DNA of 62,619 nucleotides from Eubacteriales bacterium (GTDB lineage Bacteria; Bacillota; Clostridia; Oscillospirales; CAG-272), in assembly GCA_045125655.1 (NCBI GenBank), contig JBGVNP010000109.1, forward strand, positions 1 to 62,619. The letters run 5' to 3'. Position numbers and translations under genes: made by a program. This document shows positions 31,519-41,042 of the stretch, piece after piece; the stretch's first letter is position 1, and each line of letters starts with the position of its first letter. The notes below the pieces were generated by a model. The model had not been told where the DNA came from and did no database searches. It saw nothing but the letters and a program-made list of their open reading frames with translations.

Positions 31519-32049
31519 TTACTTTCCGAATTTTTCTTTATAATCCTCAATCGCTTGCTGAATGATCTCAATGGCTTTATCCTTATCATAAAGTGACTTA
31601 ACAGCTGTCTTTTTATTTTCAAGCTGCTTATACACCTTAAAGAAGTGCATAATTTCATCGAAAATATGCGAAGGAAGATCGTTGACAGAATGGTAATCCT
31701 TTGATGTGGGATCGTTTACAAGAACGCCGATGATCTTATCGTCTATATCGCCGCCGTCAACCATTCGCACAACACCAATGGGTCTAACCTTACAAAGAGT
31801 TAAGGGATATATTTCAGGGGAGAACAATACTAAAACGTCAAGAGGGTCCTTATCGTCAGCATACGTTCTCGGAATAAATCCGTAGTTTGCAGGATAGTGT
31901 GTGGACGTATAAAGAACTCTGTCAAGCTTGATAAGACCTGTTTCCTTGTCAAGCTCATATTTACACTGTGAGTTTTTGGGTATTTCGATAACTACCGTAA
32001 ATTCCTCGGGGGTTATTTCTTTAGGATCAATATCATGCCAAATATTCAT
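31519..32049 (-). CDS. ppa: Inorganic pyrophosphatase, family I
   Basis: 176 aa. IEIPKNSQCKYELD, YPANYGFIP, DGDPLDVLV-like DKDPLDVLV, DDKIIGV. Confidence 0.93.
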   Translation of the reverse strand: MNIWHDIDPKEITPEEFTVVIEIPKNSQCKYELDKETGLIKLDRVLYTSTHYPANYGFIPRTYADDKDPLDVLVLFSPEIYPLTLCKVRPIGVVRMVDGGDIDDKIIGVLVNDPTSKDYHSVNDLPSHIFDEIMHFFKVYKQLENKKTAVKSLYDKDKAIEIIQQAIEDYKEKFGK

Positions 32050-32079
32050 GCCGTGTCCTCCTATTATTTTTATTTTACA

Positions 32080-33354
32080 TTATTTCACAAAGTCAAATTC
32101 AAAATCGTATATGGATACAGTATCGCCGTCAACGCATCCGTGCTTTTCAAGCTCCTCAAACACTCCACTTCTGTAAAGAATTCTCTGGAAATAATTGAGG
32201 GATTCATAGTCGGAAAAGTTGATCTGTCCCATAAGATTGAAGAGCCAATCACCTTCAACGATGAACACACCGTCTTCCTTGCGGATAACAGTCTCCTTGC
32301 CACCGCCTACATAAGCATCCTCTGGCTCGTATTCTGCATCATAAACGATCATTGGGGGCAGCTCACGAAGAATCTCTGCGGAGTATGAGATAAGGTCATT
32401 AAGACCTTCACTCGTTGCAGCAGACACATATCTTAACTCCCAACCGTTTTCTTTTACAAAATCCTCAAATGCTTTAATATCGACTACTTCGGGATCAAGT
32501 GCATCCGTCTTGTTTGCTACAATGATTTGTTTTCTTGCAGCAAGTGCGGGGCTATAGTTTTCAAGCTCGGTATTTATCTTAATAATATCGTCAACAGGAT
32601 CTCTGCCCTCAAAGCATGAAATATCAACAACGTGCCACAAAAGTCTGCAACGGTCGATATGTCTTAAGAAGGCGTGACCAAGTCCCGCTCCGTCCGATGC
32701 ACCCTCAATAAGTCCGGGGATGTCCGCCGCGATAAATCCGCTTTCACCACCCGTTGAAACAACTCCAAGATTGGGAGAAAGTGTTGTAAAGTGATAGTCT
32801 GCGATCTTGGGCTTAGCAGAGCTGATACGTGCGAGAATGGATGACTTTCCAACGCTGGGATAACCGATTATTCCCACGTCCGCAAGCATTTTAAGCTCAA
32901 GGATTATTTCCTTTTCTTCGCCTTTTGTACCGTTCTTAGCGAAATTTGGGACCTGTCGCGTTGGGGTTGCAAAATGCTTATTTCCCCATCCTCCTCTGCC
33001 ACCCTTGCAGCAGATAAAATCAGCATCATCGGACATATCTTTGATTATTCTGCCGGTGTTCGCATCCTTGATAAGTGTTCCGCGAGGAACTGTAATGATA
33101 ACGTCGTCAGCAGTTGCTCCGTGGAATTTAGCACCCTTTCCGTTGCCGCCGTTAGCCGCGATAAACTTTCTTTTATAGCGGAATGCAAGCAAGGTGTTAG
33201 AACCCTCATCAATACGGAAAACGATGTTTCCGCCGTGTCCGCCATCACCACCGTCAGGACCGCCTTGTGCAACGTATTTTTCGCGTCTGAAGGATATTGC
33301 TCCGTTACCGCCGTCACCGGCCTTAACGTAAATTTGTATCTTGTCAATAAACAT
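32080..33354 (-). CDS. obg: GTPase Obg/CgtA
   Basis: 424 aa. Obg fold GGDGGNG/GGDGGHGG repeats, G1 GYPSVGKSS, C-terminal TGS-like OCT domain. Confidence 0.95.
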   Translation of the reverse strand: MFIDKIQIYVKAGDGGNGAISFRREKYVAQGGPDGGDGGHGGNIVFRIDEGSNTLLAFRYKRKFIAANGGNGKGAKFHGATADDVIITVPRGTLIKDANTGRIIKDMSDDADFICCKGGRGGWGNKHFATPTRQVPNFAKNGTKGEEKEIILELKMLADVGIIGYPSVGKSSILARISSAKPKIADYHFTTLSPNLGVVSTGGESGFIAADIPGLIEGASDGAGLGHAFLRHIDRCRLLWHVVDISCFEGRDPVDDIIKINTELENYSPALAARKQIIVANKTDALDPEVVDIKAFEDFVKENGWELRYVSAATSEGLNDLISYSAEILRELPPMIVYDAEYEPEDAYVGGGKETVIRKEDGVFIVEGDWLFNLMGQINFSDYESLNYFQRILYRSGVFEELEKHGCVDGDTVSIYDFEFDFVK

Positions 33355-34685
33355 TATACCTCATCCCCCTTCGCTCTTATAATTATGTGAATGGGAGTAC
33401 CCTTGAAGCCAAAAGTATCGCGTATACAGTTTTCGATATATCTTCTGTAAGAGAAATGGAAAAGCTCAACGTCATTACAGAAAATAACAAACGTAGGAGG
33501 AGCAACGCTCACCTGAGTCATATAGTAAATCTTCAATCTTCTTCCCTTGTCGGAAGGAGGCTGAACTCTCATCGTTGCTTCACCGAGAACATCGTTAAGC
33601 ATACCCGTGGGAACTCTTGTGTTCGTTTGATTGAAAACGTATTGAATGTGTTTATAAATTTCTCTTACTCTCTGTCCCGTTTTTGCAGAAACAAAAAGGA
33701 TGGGGGCATATGACATATATGCCAATGACGTCTGAATATCTCTTGTAAATTCGTTGACAGTGCTATTATCCTTTTCGATAGAATCCCACTTATTAACGAT
33801 AACTATAGATGCCTTTCCTGCCTCGTGAGCTATACCTGCGATCTTTTCATCCTGCTCGGTAATTCCCTCGTTTGCATCAATAAGGATAAGGCAAACGTCA
33901 GCTCTTTCCACAGCCATATGTGCTCTGAGAACGCTATATTTTTCGATCTTATCATTTATCTTTGATGAACGGCGAATTCCCGCGGTATCAATGAAGGTGA
34001 ATTTTCCGTATTCATTTTCAACCTTAGTATCAACTGCATCACGAGTAGTACCCGCAATATTTGAAACGATAAGTCTTTCTTCACCGATAAAGCTGTTGAT
34101 GATTGATGATTTTCCCGCATTGGGCTTGCCTATAACGGCTACCTTAATGCTGTCATCATCCTCGTCATCAAATTCGGAATCTTCGGGAAGCGCCGCAATA
34201 ACGGCGTCAAGAAGATCTCCCGATCCCGTTCCATGAACTGATGAAACCGCTATGGGTTCGCACTCAAAGCCAAGCTCATAGAATTCGTAAAATTCATAGG
34301 GAACGTGTCCGACACTGTCACACTTATTTATACAAGGAACGATGGGCTTGCCGCTCTTCTTAAGCATTGTAGCTATATCTCTGTCATCTGCGGTAAGGCC
34401 TGTTCTCACGTCACACATAAAGATGATAACGTCCGCAGTATCAATAGCGATCTGCGCCTGGAAACGCATCTGCTTAAGTATTATATCATTAGTTTTTGGC
34501 TCAATTCCACCCGTATCAATAATAACGAGCTTCTTCGCACACCATTCGGTCTCTCCGTATATTCTATCGCGAGTAACACCAGGGGTGTCCTCTACGATGG
34601 AACGGCGCTCACCGATAAGCTTATTAAAAAGTGTACTCTTGCCGACATTGGGTCTGCCGACAATAGCAACTATAGGTTTTGCCAT
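33354..34685 (-). CDS. der: Ribosome-biogenesis GTPase Der (EngA)
   Basis: 443 aa. Two G domains (GRPNVGKST, GKPNAGKSS) plus a KH-like C-terminus. Confidence 0.95.
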   Translation of the reverse strand: MAKPIVAIVGRPNVGKSTLFNKLIGERRSIVEDTPGVTRDRIYGETEWCAKKLVIIDTGGIEPKTNDIILKQMRFQAQIAIDTADVIIFMCDVRTGLTADDRDIATMLKKSGKPIVPCINKCDSVGHVPYEFYEFYELGFECEPIAVSSVHGTGSGDLLDAVIAALPEDSEFDDEDDDSIKVAVIGKPNAGKSSIINSFIGEERLIVSNIAGTTRDAVDTKVENEYGKFTFIDTAGIRRSSKINDKIEKYSVLRAHMAVERADVCLILIDANEGITEQDEKIAGIAHEAGKASIVIVNKWDSIEKDNSTVNEFTRDIQTSLAYMSYAPILFVSAKTGQRVREIYKHIQYVFNQTNTRVPTGMLNDVLGEATMRVQPPSDKGRRLKIYYMTQVSVAPPTFVIFCNDVELFHFSYRRYIENCIRDTFGFKGTPIHIIIRAKGDEV

Positions 34686-34697
34686 ATCTCTACCTCC

Positions 34698-36011
34698 TTA
34701 CTCTATTCCAAGCAATGCCGAAACAAAGCCTGCTCCGTCATTACCTGAAAGTCTTATCTTCACACCAAGCTTTTGTGAAAGCTCATCCAAGCTCATTCCG
34801 CAAAGGAACAAATCTCCCTCTGCGCGAAGTACGTTTGGCGGGAGAATAAGCTCATCAAAAAGCTCTTTATCCTTTAATTGATCATAAATATCGGTGCCCG
34901 TCAAAAGTCCCGATACGGTAATTTCATGACCAAAGAAATTGTTTACAATTGGGTACACCGTAACATCAAATCCTTCAATAAGATTTGAAAGTCGGTGACA
35001 CATATCTATTATCTGCTCGCTTGCAGCCATACCCGTAACAACGGATACCTTTCTCGGCGGAGCATATTTTTCCAAATATTCGTCAATGTATTCGGTTTCA
35101 ATGCCAAATTCAGTCAACAATGACGTGAGCATTCCCACGCCGTTTTCTATTTGAGCATATCCCTCATAGTAATCTTCATCGTGCAAAGGAAGCTCTGCCT
35201 TGATATAAAATTCATCAGCGCAGAAGAAAAGACGTGAGCCGAATTTTTCAAGACATTCGTCGGCATACGCTTCTACCTGTGCAATCACCTCTTTTGCGTC
35301 ATCCTTTGAGAAGCTCTCAAGGGGAAAGAGATTATCACGGAATTTTGTTTTTCCTGCAGGAACTATCGAAACGCTTTGTAAAGCGGGAAAATAGTCGGTA
35401 AGATCCTGCATTGAACGTTGAAGCTCAACCCCATCATTGATGCCCTTGCAAAGCACGATCTGTCCGCAGATATGTATTCCTGCATCGGCAAATCTCTTAA
35501 GATAGGAAAGAACCTCGCCCGATCTCTTATTTTTCATCATCTTAACGCGAAGCTCAGGATTCGTTGTATGGACAGAAACGTTGACAGGAGAAATATGCAT
35601 CTCTATGATTCTGTCAATATCCTTATCGTCAAGATTGGTGAGTGTTATATAATTTCCGTGAAGGAATGAAAGACGCGAATCGTCATCCTTGAAATAAAGG
35701 GATTTGCGAAGTCCCTTTGGAAGCTGATCGATAAAGCAAAAGATGCATTTATTTTCGCAAGAATGCTTTTTATCCATGAGGGGTGTTTCGAAATCAAGAC
35801 CGATATCGTCATACTCTTGTTTACGGATATTGAAATGAAGCTCCTCACCATTTCTCAAAACGCAAAGATCAAGGACTCTGTTGGCAAGATGAAATCTATA
35901 ATCAAGCACGTCATTTATTTCACGACCGTTTATAGAAACCAAATAGTCATCAACTAAAATTCCTGCTTTTTGAGCTCTTGAATTAGTATCAACAACAGCA
36001 ATTCTTACCAT
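34698..36011 (-). CDS. PDZ + radical-SAM-like DUF512 protein
   Basis: PDZ-like N-terminus (AGILVDDYLVSINGREI), Cys cluster CENKCIFC, DUF512-type C-terminus. ATG at 36011 has a GAGGGGGA RBS. The promoter lies inside the track's longer N-terminus. Confidence 0.8.
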   Translation of the reverse strand: MVRIAVVDTNSRAQKAGILVDDYLVSINGREINDVLDYRFHLANRVLDLCVLRNGEELHFNIRKQEYDDIGLDFETPLMDKKHSCENKCIFCFIDQLPKGLRKSLYFKDDDSRLSFLHGNYITLTNLDDKDIDRIIEMHISPVNVSVHTTNPELRVKMMKNKRSGEVLSYLKRFADAGIHICGQIVLCKGINDGVELQRSMQDLTDYFPALQSVSIVPAGKTKFRDNLFPLESFSKDDAKEVIAQVEAYADECLEKFGSRLFFCADEFYIKAELPLHDEDYYEGYAQIENGVGMLTSLLTEFGIETEYIDEYLEKYAPPRKVSVVTGMAASEQIIDMCHRLSNLIEGFDVTVYPIVNNFFGHEITVSGLLTGTDIYDQLKDKELFDELILPPNVLRAEGDLFLCGMSLDELSQKLGVKIRLSGNDGAGFVSALLGIE

Positions 36012-36042
36012 AACATCCCCCTCTCTTGTAGTTTGACGATAT

Positions 36043-36071
36043 ATTATATCATAAATATTTATATTTGTCAA
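36043..36071 (-). promoter_or_regulatory. Promoter of the DUF512-der-obg string
   Basis: Minus strand reads TTGACA, 17 nt, TATAAT. Confidence 0.6.
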
Positions 36072-36184
36072 AGAAATTTTCAAAAAATAAGACAATTTTA
36101 TGAATGAAATTCACGTTCGATGTATTTTCGAGGGTTTGTTAACAAAAAATTTACATTTTTGAGCAAAAAAATATTAAAAAACTA

Positions 36185-36213
36185 TATTCAAAAATATTAT
36201 TTTATGTTATAAT
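36185..36213 (+). promoter_or_regulatory. Probable ppdK promoter (extended -10)
   Basis: TGtTATAAT at 36205-36213 with a weak -35 (TATTCA). It leaves a leader of about 120 nt. Confidence 0.4.
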
Positions 36214-36342
36214 GTCGGTTGGAATAAGCGTATCTATTCGTTTGGCATGCCGTTTGTATGCCTTTATTGTCTTGTCTTTTTCAGATATGACTAAATCACA
36301 AGCGCTTATAAAAACATTTTTTATATTTTGGAGGAATCAAAA

Positions 36343-38970
36343 ATGGCAAAAAAGTATTGTTACCTCTTTACAGAAGGTAATGCAAACATGCGTGAAATCC
36401 TCGGCGGTAAGGGCGCAAACCTTGCTGAAATGACCAACATCGGTCTTCCTGTTCCCCAGGGCTTCACTATTTCCACAGAAGCATGTACTCAGTACTACGA
36501 GGACGGTCGTCAGATCAACCCCGAGATCCAGGCTGAGATCAATGAGTACATCGTAAAGATGGAAGGCATCACAGGTAAGAAGTTCGGCGATCTTGAGAAT
36601 CCCCTTCTTGTTTCCGTTCGTTCCGGTGCTCGTGCATCCATGCCCGGTATGATGGATACCATCCTTAACCTCGGTCTTAACGAAGAGGTTGTTGAAGTTA
36701 TGGCTAAAAAGTCAGGCAATGCTCGTTGGGCATATGACTGCTATAGAAGATTTATTCAGATGTACTCCGACGTTGTTATGGAAGTTGGTAAGAAGTACTT
36801 CGAGGAACTCATCGACGAAATGAAGGAAGCTAAGGGCGTTAAGCTTGACGTTGAGCTTACTGCTGACGATCTTAAGGAGCTTGCAAATCAGTTCAAGGCT
36901 GAATACAAGGCAAAGATCGGTACAGACTTCCCCTCCGATCCCAAGGAGCAGCTCATGGGTGCTGTTAAAGCAGTATTCCGTTCTTGGGACAACCCCCGTG
37001 CAAACGTTTACCGTCGTGACAACGATATTCCCTATTCTTGGGGTACTGCTGTAAACGTACAGGCAATGGCATTCGGTAACATGGGTGAGGACTGCGGTAC
37101 AGGCGTTGCTTTCACACGTGATCCCGCTACAGGCGAAAAGAAGCTCATGGGTGAGTTCCTTACAAACGCACAGGGTGAGGACGTTGTTGCAGGTGTTCGT
37201 ACACCCATGCCCATCGCTGAAATGGCTAACAAGTTCCCCGCTGCATTCGAGCAGTTCAAGAAGGTTTGCGAAATTCTTGAAAACCACTACCACGATATGC
37301 AGGATATGGAATTTACAATTGAAAACGAAAAGCTTTACATGCTTCAGACTCGTAACGGTAAGAGAACAGCTCAGGCAGCTCTCCAGATCGCCGTTGACCT
37401 TGTTGCTGAAGGCCACAAGACAAAGGAAGAAGCAGTTCTTATGATCGACCCCAGAAACCTTGACACACTTCTCCACCCTCAGTTCGATGCTAAGGCTCTT
37501 AAGGCAGCTACACCTATGGGCAGAGGTCTTGGTGCATCTCCCGGTGCTGCTTGCGGTCAGGTAGTATTCTCTGCTGAGGATGCTGACGCTTGGAACAATG
37601 CAGGTAAGAAGGTAGTTCTCGTTCGTCTTGAAACATCTCCTGAAGATATCACAGGTATGAAGGCAGCTCAGGGTATCCTCACAGTTCGTGGCGGTATGAC
37701 ATCTCACGCAGCAGTTGTTGCTCGTGGTATGGGTAAGTGCTGCGTATCCGGTTGCGGTGAGATCAACATGGACGAAGAAAACAAGAAGTTCACTCTCGCA
37801 GGTAAGACATACGTTGAAGGCGACTACATCTCCATCGACGGTTCTACAGGCGCTATCTACGACGGTATTATTCCTACTGTTGACGCAGAAATTTCCGGTA
37901 ACTTCGGCACAATCATGGGTTGGGCTGACGAATTCCGTACACTTAAGGTTAGAACAAATGCTGATACACCCACAGACGCTAGAAAGGCTCGTGAGCTTGG
38001 CGCAGAGGGTATCGGTCTTTGCCGTACAGAGCACATGTTCTTCGAGGCAGACAGAATTGCTGCTTTCCGTGAGATGATCTGCTCTAACACTGCTGAAGAA
38101 AGAGAAGTAGCTCTTGCAAAGATCCTTCCCTATCAGCAGGCTGACTTCGAGCAGCTCTACGTAGTTCTTGAAGGCAACCCCGTTTGCATCAGATTCCTTG
38201 ACCCTCCTCTTCACGAGTTCGTACCCACAACTGAAGAAGATATCGCTCTTCTTGCTAACGCTCAGGGTAAGACAGTTGAAGACATCAAGGCTATTATCTC
38301 CTCTCTCCACGAGTTCAACCCCATGATGGGTCACCGTGGATGCCGTCTTGCAGTAACATATCCTGAAATTGCAAAGATGCAGACAGCTGCTGTTATCCGT
38401 GCAGCTATCAACGTTCAGAAGTCTCATCCCGAATGGAACGTTCGTCCCGAAATCATGATTCCTCTTGTAGGCGACGTTAAGGAGCTTAAGTACGTTAAGA
38501 GCGTAGTAGTTGCTACAGCTAATGCTGAAATCGCAGCTGCAGGCGTTGAGCTTGACTACGAGGTTGGTACAATGATCGAGATCCCCAGAGCTTGTCTCAC
38601 AGCTGATGAGATCGCAAAGAATGCTGACTTCTTCTGCTTCGGTACAAACGACCTTACACAGATGACATACGGTTTCTCTCGTGACGACGCTGGTAAGTTC
38701 CTCAATGCTTACTACGATGCAAAGATCTTCGAGAACGATCCCTTTGCAAAGCTTGACCAGACAGGTGTTGGTAAGCTTATGAATATGGCAGTTACACTCG
38801 GTAGACCCGCTAACGAACACCTCCACGTAGGTATCTGCGGCGAGCACGGTGGTGACCCCACATCCGTTGAATTCTGCCACCAGATCGGTCTTGACTACGT
38901 ATCTTGCTCACCCTTCCGTGTTCCGATCGCTCGTCTTGCTGCTGCTCAGGCTGCTATTAAGAGCAAATAA
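36343..38970 (+). CDS. ppdK: Pyruvate, phosphate dikinase
   Basis: 875 aa. Phospho-His loop GGMTSHAAVVARG, PEP-utilising motif GLCRTEHMF, C-terminal ICGEHGGDP. ATG at 36343 has a GGAGGA RBS (the track TTG at 36328 overlaps the RBS). Confidence 0.95.
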   Translation: MAKKYCYLFTEGNANMREILGGKGANLAEMTNIGLPVPQGFTISTEACTQYYEDGRQINPEIQAEINEYIVKMEGITGKKFGDLENPLLVSVRSGARASMPGMMDTILNLGLNEEVVEVMAKKSGNARWAYDCYRRFIQMYSDVVMEVGKKYFEELIDEMKEAKGVKLDVELTADDLKELANQFKAEYKAKIGTDFPSDPKEQLMGAVKAVFRSWDNPRANVYRRDNDIPYSWGTAVNVQAMAFGNMGEDCGTGVAFTRDPATGEKKLMGEFLTNAQGEDVVAGVRTPMPIAEMANKFPAAFEQFKKVCEILENHYHDMQDMEFTIENEKLYMLQTRNGKRTAQAALQIAVDLVAEGHKTKEEAVLMIDPRNLDTLLHPQFDAKALKAATPMGRGLGASPGAACGQVVFSAEDADAWNNAGKKVVLVRLETSPEDITGMKAAQGILTVRGGMTSHAAVVARGMGKCCVSGCGEINMDEENKKFTLAGKTYVEGDYISIDGSTGAIYDGIIPTVDAEISGNFGTIMGWADEFRTLKVRTNADTPTDARKARELGAEGIGLCRTEHMFFEADRIAAFREMICSNTAEEREVALAKILPYQQADFEQLYVVLEGNPVCIRFLDPPLHEFVPTTEEDIALLANAQGKTVEDIKAIISSLHEFNPMMGHRGCRLAVTYPEIAKMQTAAVIRAAINVQKSHPEWNVRPEIMIPLVGDVKELKYVKSVVVATANAEIAAAGVELDYEVGTMIEIPRACLTADEIAKNADFFCFGTNDLTQMTYGFSRDDAGKFLNAYYDAKIFENDPFAKLDQTGVGKLMNMAVTLGRPANEHLHVGICGEHGGDPTSVEFCHQIGLDYVSCSPFRVPIARLAAAQAAIKSK

Positions 38971-38994
38971 TTCTTAATAAACAAATAATAAATG

Positions 38995-39026
38995 CCCTGC
39001 GAAGCAATTCGCAGGGTTATTTTTAT
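38995..39026 (+). terminator. ppdK intrinsic terminator
   Basis: CCCTGCGAA gcaa TTCGCAGGG followed by TTATTTTTAT. Confidence 0.7.
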
Positions 39027-39028
39027 GC

Positions 39029-39057
39029 TTGACAGAGTTTTTTCTATATGATATACT
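39029..39057 (+). promoter_or_regulatory. Promoter of the 58-aa ORF
   Basis: TTGACA, 17 nt, TATACT. Confidence 0.6.
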
Positions 39058-39092
39058 TATTATTGAAAATCTATTTATCTGGAGGCTTACGT

Positions 39093-39269
39093 ATGAATTT
39101 TTTAAAAAAGCTTTTAACAAAGCTCAAAAAGAAGGATAAAAAAGAAAATGAAACTTGGTATAATGACCAAATGAACACTTACGACCCCAAAGTAGGAACT
39201 CCCAACGGAGAGGCTTATATCAGCCCCGACAGTGTATCAATCAGTATAGCAAATCATTTATCGAATTAA
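39093..39269 (+). CDS. Small hypothetical protein (58 aa) with cationic amphipathic N-terminus
   Basis: GGAGG sits 7 nt before the ATG at 39093. The gene has its own promoter and terminator. Product is MNFLKKLLTKLKKKDKKENETWYNDQMNTYDPKVGTPNGEAYISPDSVSISIANHLSN. No family recognised. Confidence 0.5.
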   Translation: MNFLKKLLTKLKKKDKKENETWYNDQMNTYDPKVGTPNGEAYISPDSVSISIANHLSN

Positions 39270-39273
39270 TTAA

Positions 39274-39306
39274 AAATCCCTCGCAAATTGCGAGGGATTG
39301 TTTTTA
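39274..39306. terminator. Bidirectional terminator (small ORF / CPBP gene)
   Basis: AATCCCTCGCA aat TGCGAGGGATT followed by GTTTTT. A-rich on the other strand. Confidence 0.7.
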
Positions 39307-40098
39307 TTATATAAACAGTATCCAAATAAGCTTTGAGACTATGTGGACGCCGCCGTGTGCGAGCATTGCATAATGTATTCCGTATTTTCTGTAAAGACGA
39401 CCGAACAATAATCCAAATCCTCCGTTAAGCAAGAAGCATCTAAATATTATCATCGGAGTAATATCCGTCATCATTGCATACGTTGCCGGCAAATGTCCTG
39501 CGGCAAAAATAAGCGCTGCGACAATATTTGATACAATAATAATTGTATCGTTTGCTTCTTCTTTTTTTGATATTTTTTGAATCGACCAGGCAATAAATGA
39601 CATCAAAAATAGACGTAGCATAACTTCTTCAATTACAGATCCATAGGTAATTGATGCCATAATATACTCAAACGTCGGCTTCAATGCATAGCTGTCTTTG
39701 ATCACATCGGAAAAATTATTAAAAATCAAATGATCAAACAATATAAATGCTGCGCCGCCAACGAGGGTTACTATTATAAATTCAATATTACCGTTTTTAG
39801 TAAAAGTTACCTTGCGCCAAAGACCTATTTTTTTTGCAAGATATTTGCCTATAATTCCTAAAACCAAGGCATATCCAAGAGATTGGAGGGTTGTTATAAC
39901 TACAAGTAAATCAAGACTTCCAACCTGCGCTATTACTTCTTCAAGCATCTTTGGGTCAAAGCTTTGTATTGAATATATAGCAGTGAAATATCCACCCACA
40001 AGACCGAAAAAAGCAAGAAATATCAGGTATTTGAAATTATTCTTTATCAGATCCTTCACAGTCCTTTTTCCTTTCATTGCGATATACGATATAAGCAT
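39307..40098 (-). CDS. CPBP-family intramembrane glutamic endopeptidase (CAAX protease/Abi-like)
   Basis: Polytopic membrane protein with motif 1 SVIEEVMLRLF, motif 2 FAAGHL and motif 3 LAHGGVH. The start is uncertain (40098, 40077 or GTG 40059). It overlaps the sdpI-like stop. Confidence 0.75.
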   Translation of the reverse strand: MLISYIAMKGKRTVKDLIKNNFKYLIFLAFFGLVGGYFTAIYSIQSFDPKMLEEVIAQVGSLDLLVVITTLQSLGYALVLGIIGKYLAKKIGLWRKVTFTKNGNIEFIIVTLVGGAAFILFDHLIFNNFSDVIKDSYALKPTFEYIMASITYGSVIEEVMLRLFLMSFIAWSIQKISKKEEANDTIIIVSNIVAALIFAAGHLPATYAMMTDITPMIIFRCFLLNGGFGLLFGRLYRKYGIHYAMLAHGGVHIVSKLIWILFI

Positions 40099-40753
40099 AT
40101 ACCGTCATCAAAACGATGCCGCCAAACACGGATATCATCATAATAATTCCCGAGAGCGCTTCATTTATCAAAAGCGATGCAATTATTGAAATGGCACCTG
40201 AAATTATCATAACACAACTTGCAAAGCGGTTGGATTTTGCCCATGTGGTATCGTTATACCAAGTCCAAGAAAGTCTAAGCCCTATATTTTTGTTTTTTCT
40301 CGTTTTGGGCATATAATTAGCTAAAGATATAAACAAAAGTCCCAACAATACACCAATCACATTAATTACACTAATTTCAGGAAGCCCAAGATTAGGAAAA
40401 GTGGTAGAATAAACTATATAATATGTCATAGTTGTGATTGCGAAGAAAAATATAGAAAGAATTCCTCCGGTTATATTCATAACATTTGCGTTTGATAAAA
40501 ATTCGGCTTTCTTTTTTTCATCAATTTCATGTTCAGATTGATTTTTATATTTTTTAATTAAACAATCCATCAAAACAACTGTAACAATGAATATTAAAGG
40601 CATAATCAACATCTCATATTTAGAACCGAATCTATCGGGATTACCATTAATATCAAAATGTACAGGCACAACTGCATCATTGGGTAAAACAAACATCATG
40701 AGTGCTGAAAAAAGAAGGGTTAATCCGAGTGTTATCCATCTGATCATTTTCAT
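40037..40753 (-). CDS. SdpI/YhfL-family membrane protein (DUF1648 + SdpI domains)
   Basis: VPVHFDINGNPDRFGSKYE (DUF1648-like) and PKTRKNKNIGLRLSWTWYNDTTWAKSNRF (SdpI-like). Confidence 0.8.
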   Translation of the reverse strand: MKMIRWITLGLTLLFSALMMFVLPNDAVVPVHFDINGNPDRFGSKYEMLIMPLIFIVTVVLMDCLIKKYKNQSEHEIDEKKKAEFLSNANVMNITGGILSIFFFAITTMTYYIVYSTTFPNLGLPEISVINVIGVLLGLLFISLANYMPKTRKNKNIGLRLSWTWYNDTTWAKSNRFASCVMIISGAISIIASLLINEALSGIIMMISVFGGIVLMTVYAYIVYRNERKKDCEGSDKE

Positions 40754-41019
40754 TTCTTATTACCTCCAAACTGCTTAATCCACAAAATCAATTCTTCAAA
40801 TACAGTCGCATTGATCTCGTAGTAAATAAAATTTTTCTGCTTATACTCCATAACAAGATCAGCTCCCTTAAGCTGCTTCAAATGATATGAAAGTGCGGCA
40901 GGTGTTATATCTAGTGCCTCTGCTATCTCTCCGGCACTCATTCTGCCGTTTTTAAGCATAACGAGTATCTCTCTTCTCTGCTCATCGGCGAGAACCTTAA
41001 ATAAATTATATTCGCCCAT
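40750..41019 (-). CDS. ArsR/SmtB-family winged-helix regulator, SdpR-like autorepressor
   Basis: 89 aa. LADEQRREILVML...MSAGEIAEALDITPAALSYHLKQLKGADLV. 4-nt overlap with the sdpI-like gene. Confidence 0.85.
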   Translation of the reverse strand: MGEYNLFKVLADEQRREILVMLKNGRMSAGEIAEALDITPAALSYHLKQLKGADLVMEYKQKNFIYYEINATVFEELILWIKQFGGNKK

Positions 41020-41042
41020 ATTCCCTCCTATTTAAAATTTTC

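Noticed and set aside
36244-36281. Possible attenuator hairpin in the ppdK leader (GGCAT...ATGCC followed by a T-rich run)
   Set aside because: The stem is only 5 bp. That is insufficient to claim a terminator or riboswitch.
36712-38880. 722-aa ORF antisense to ppdK
   Set aside because: It is codon-aligned with ppdK and open only because ppdK avoids TTA/CTA/TCA codons. The product is Cys/Val/Thr-rich low-complexity sequence with no RBS. It is a shadow ORF.
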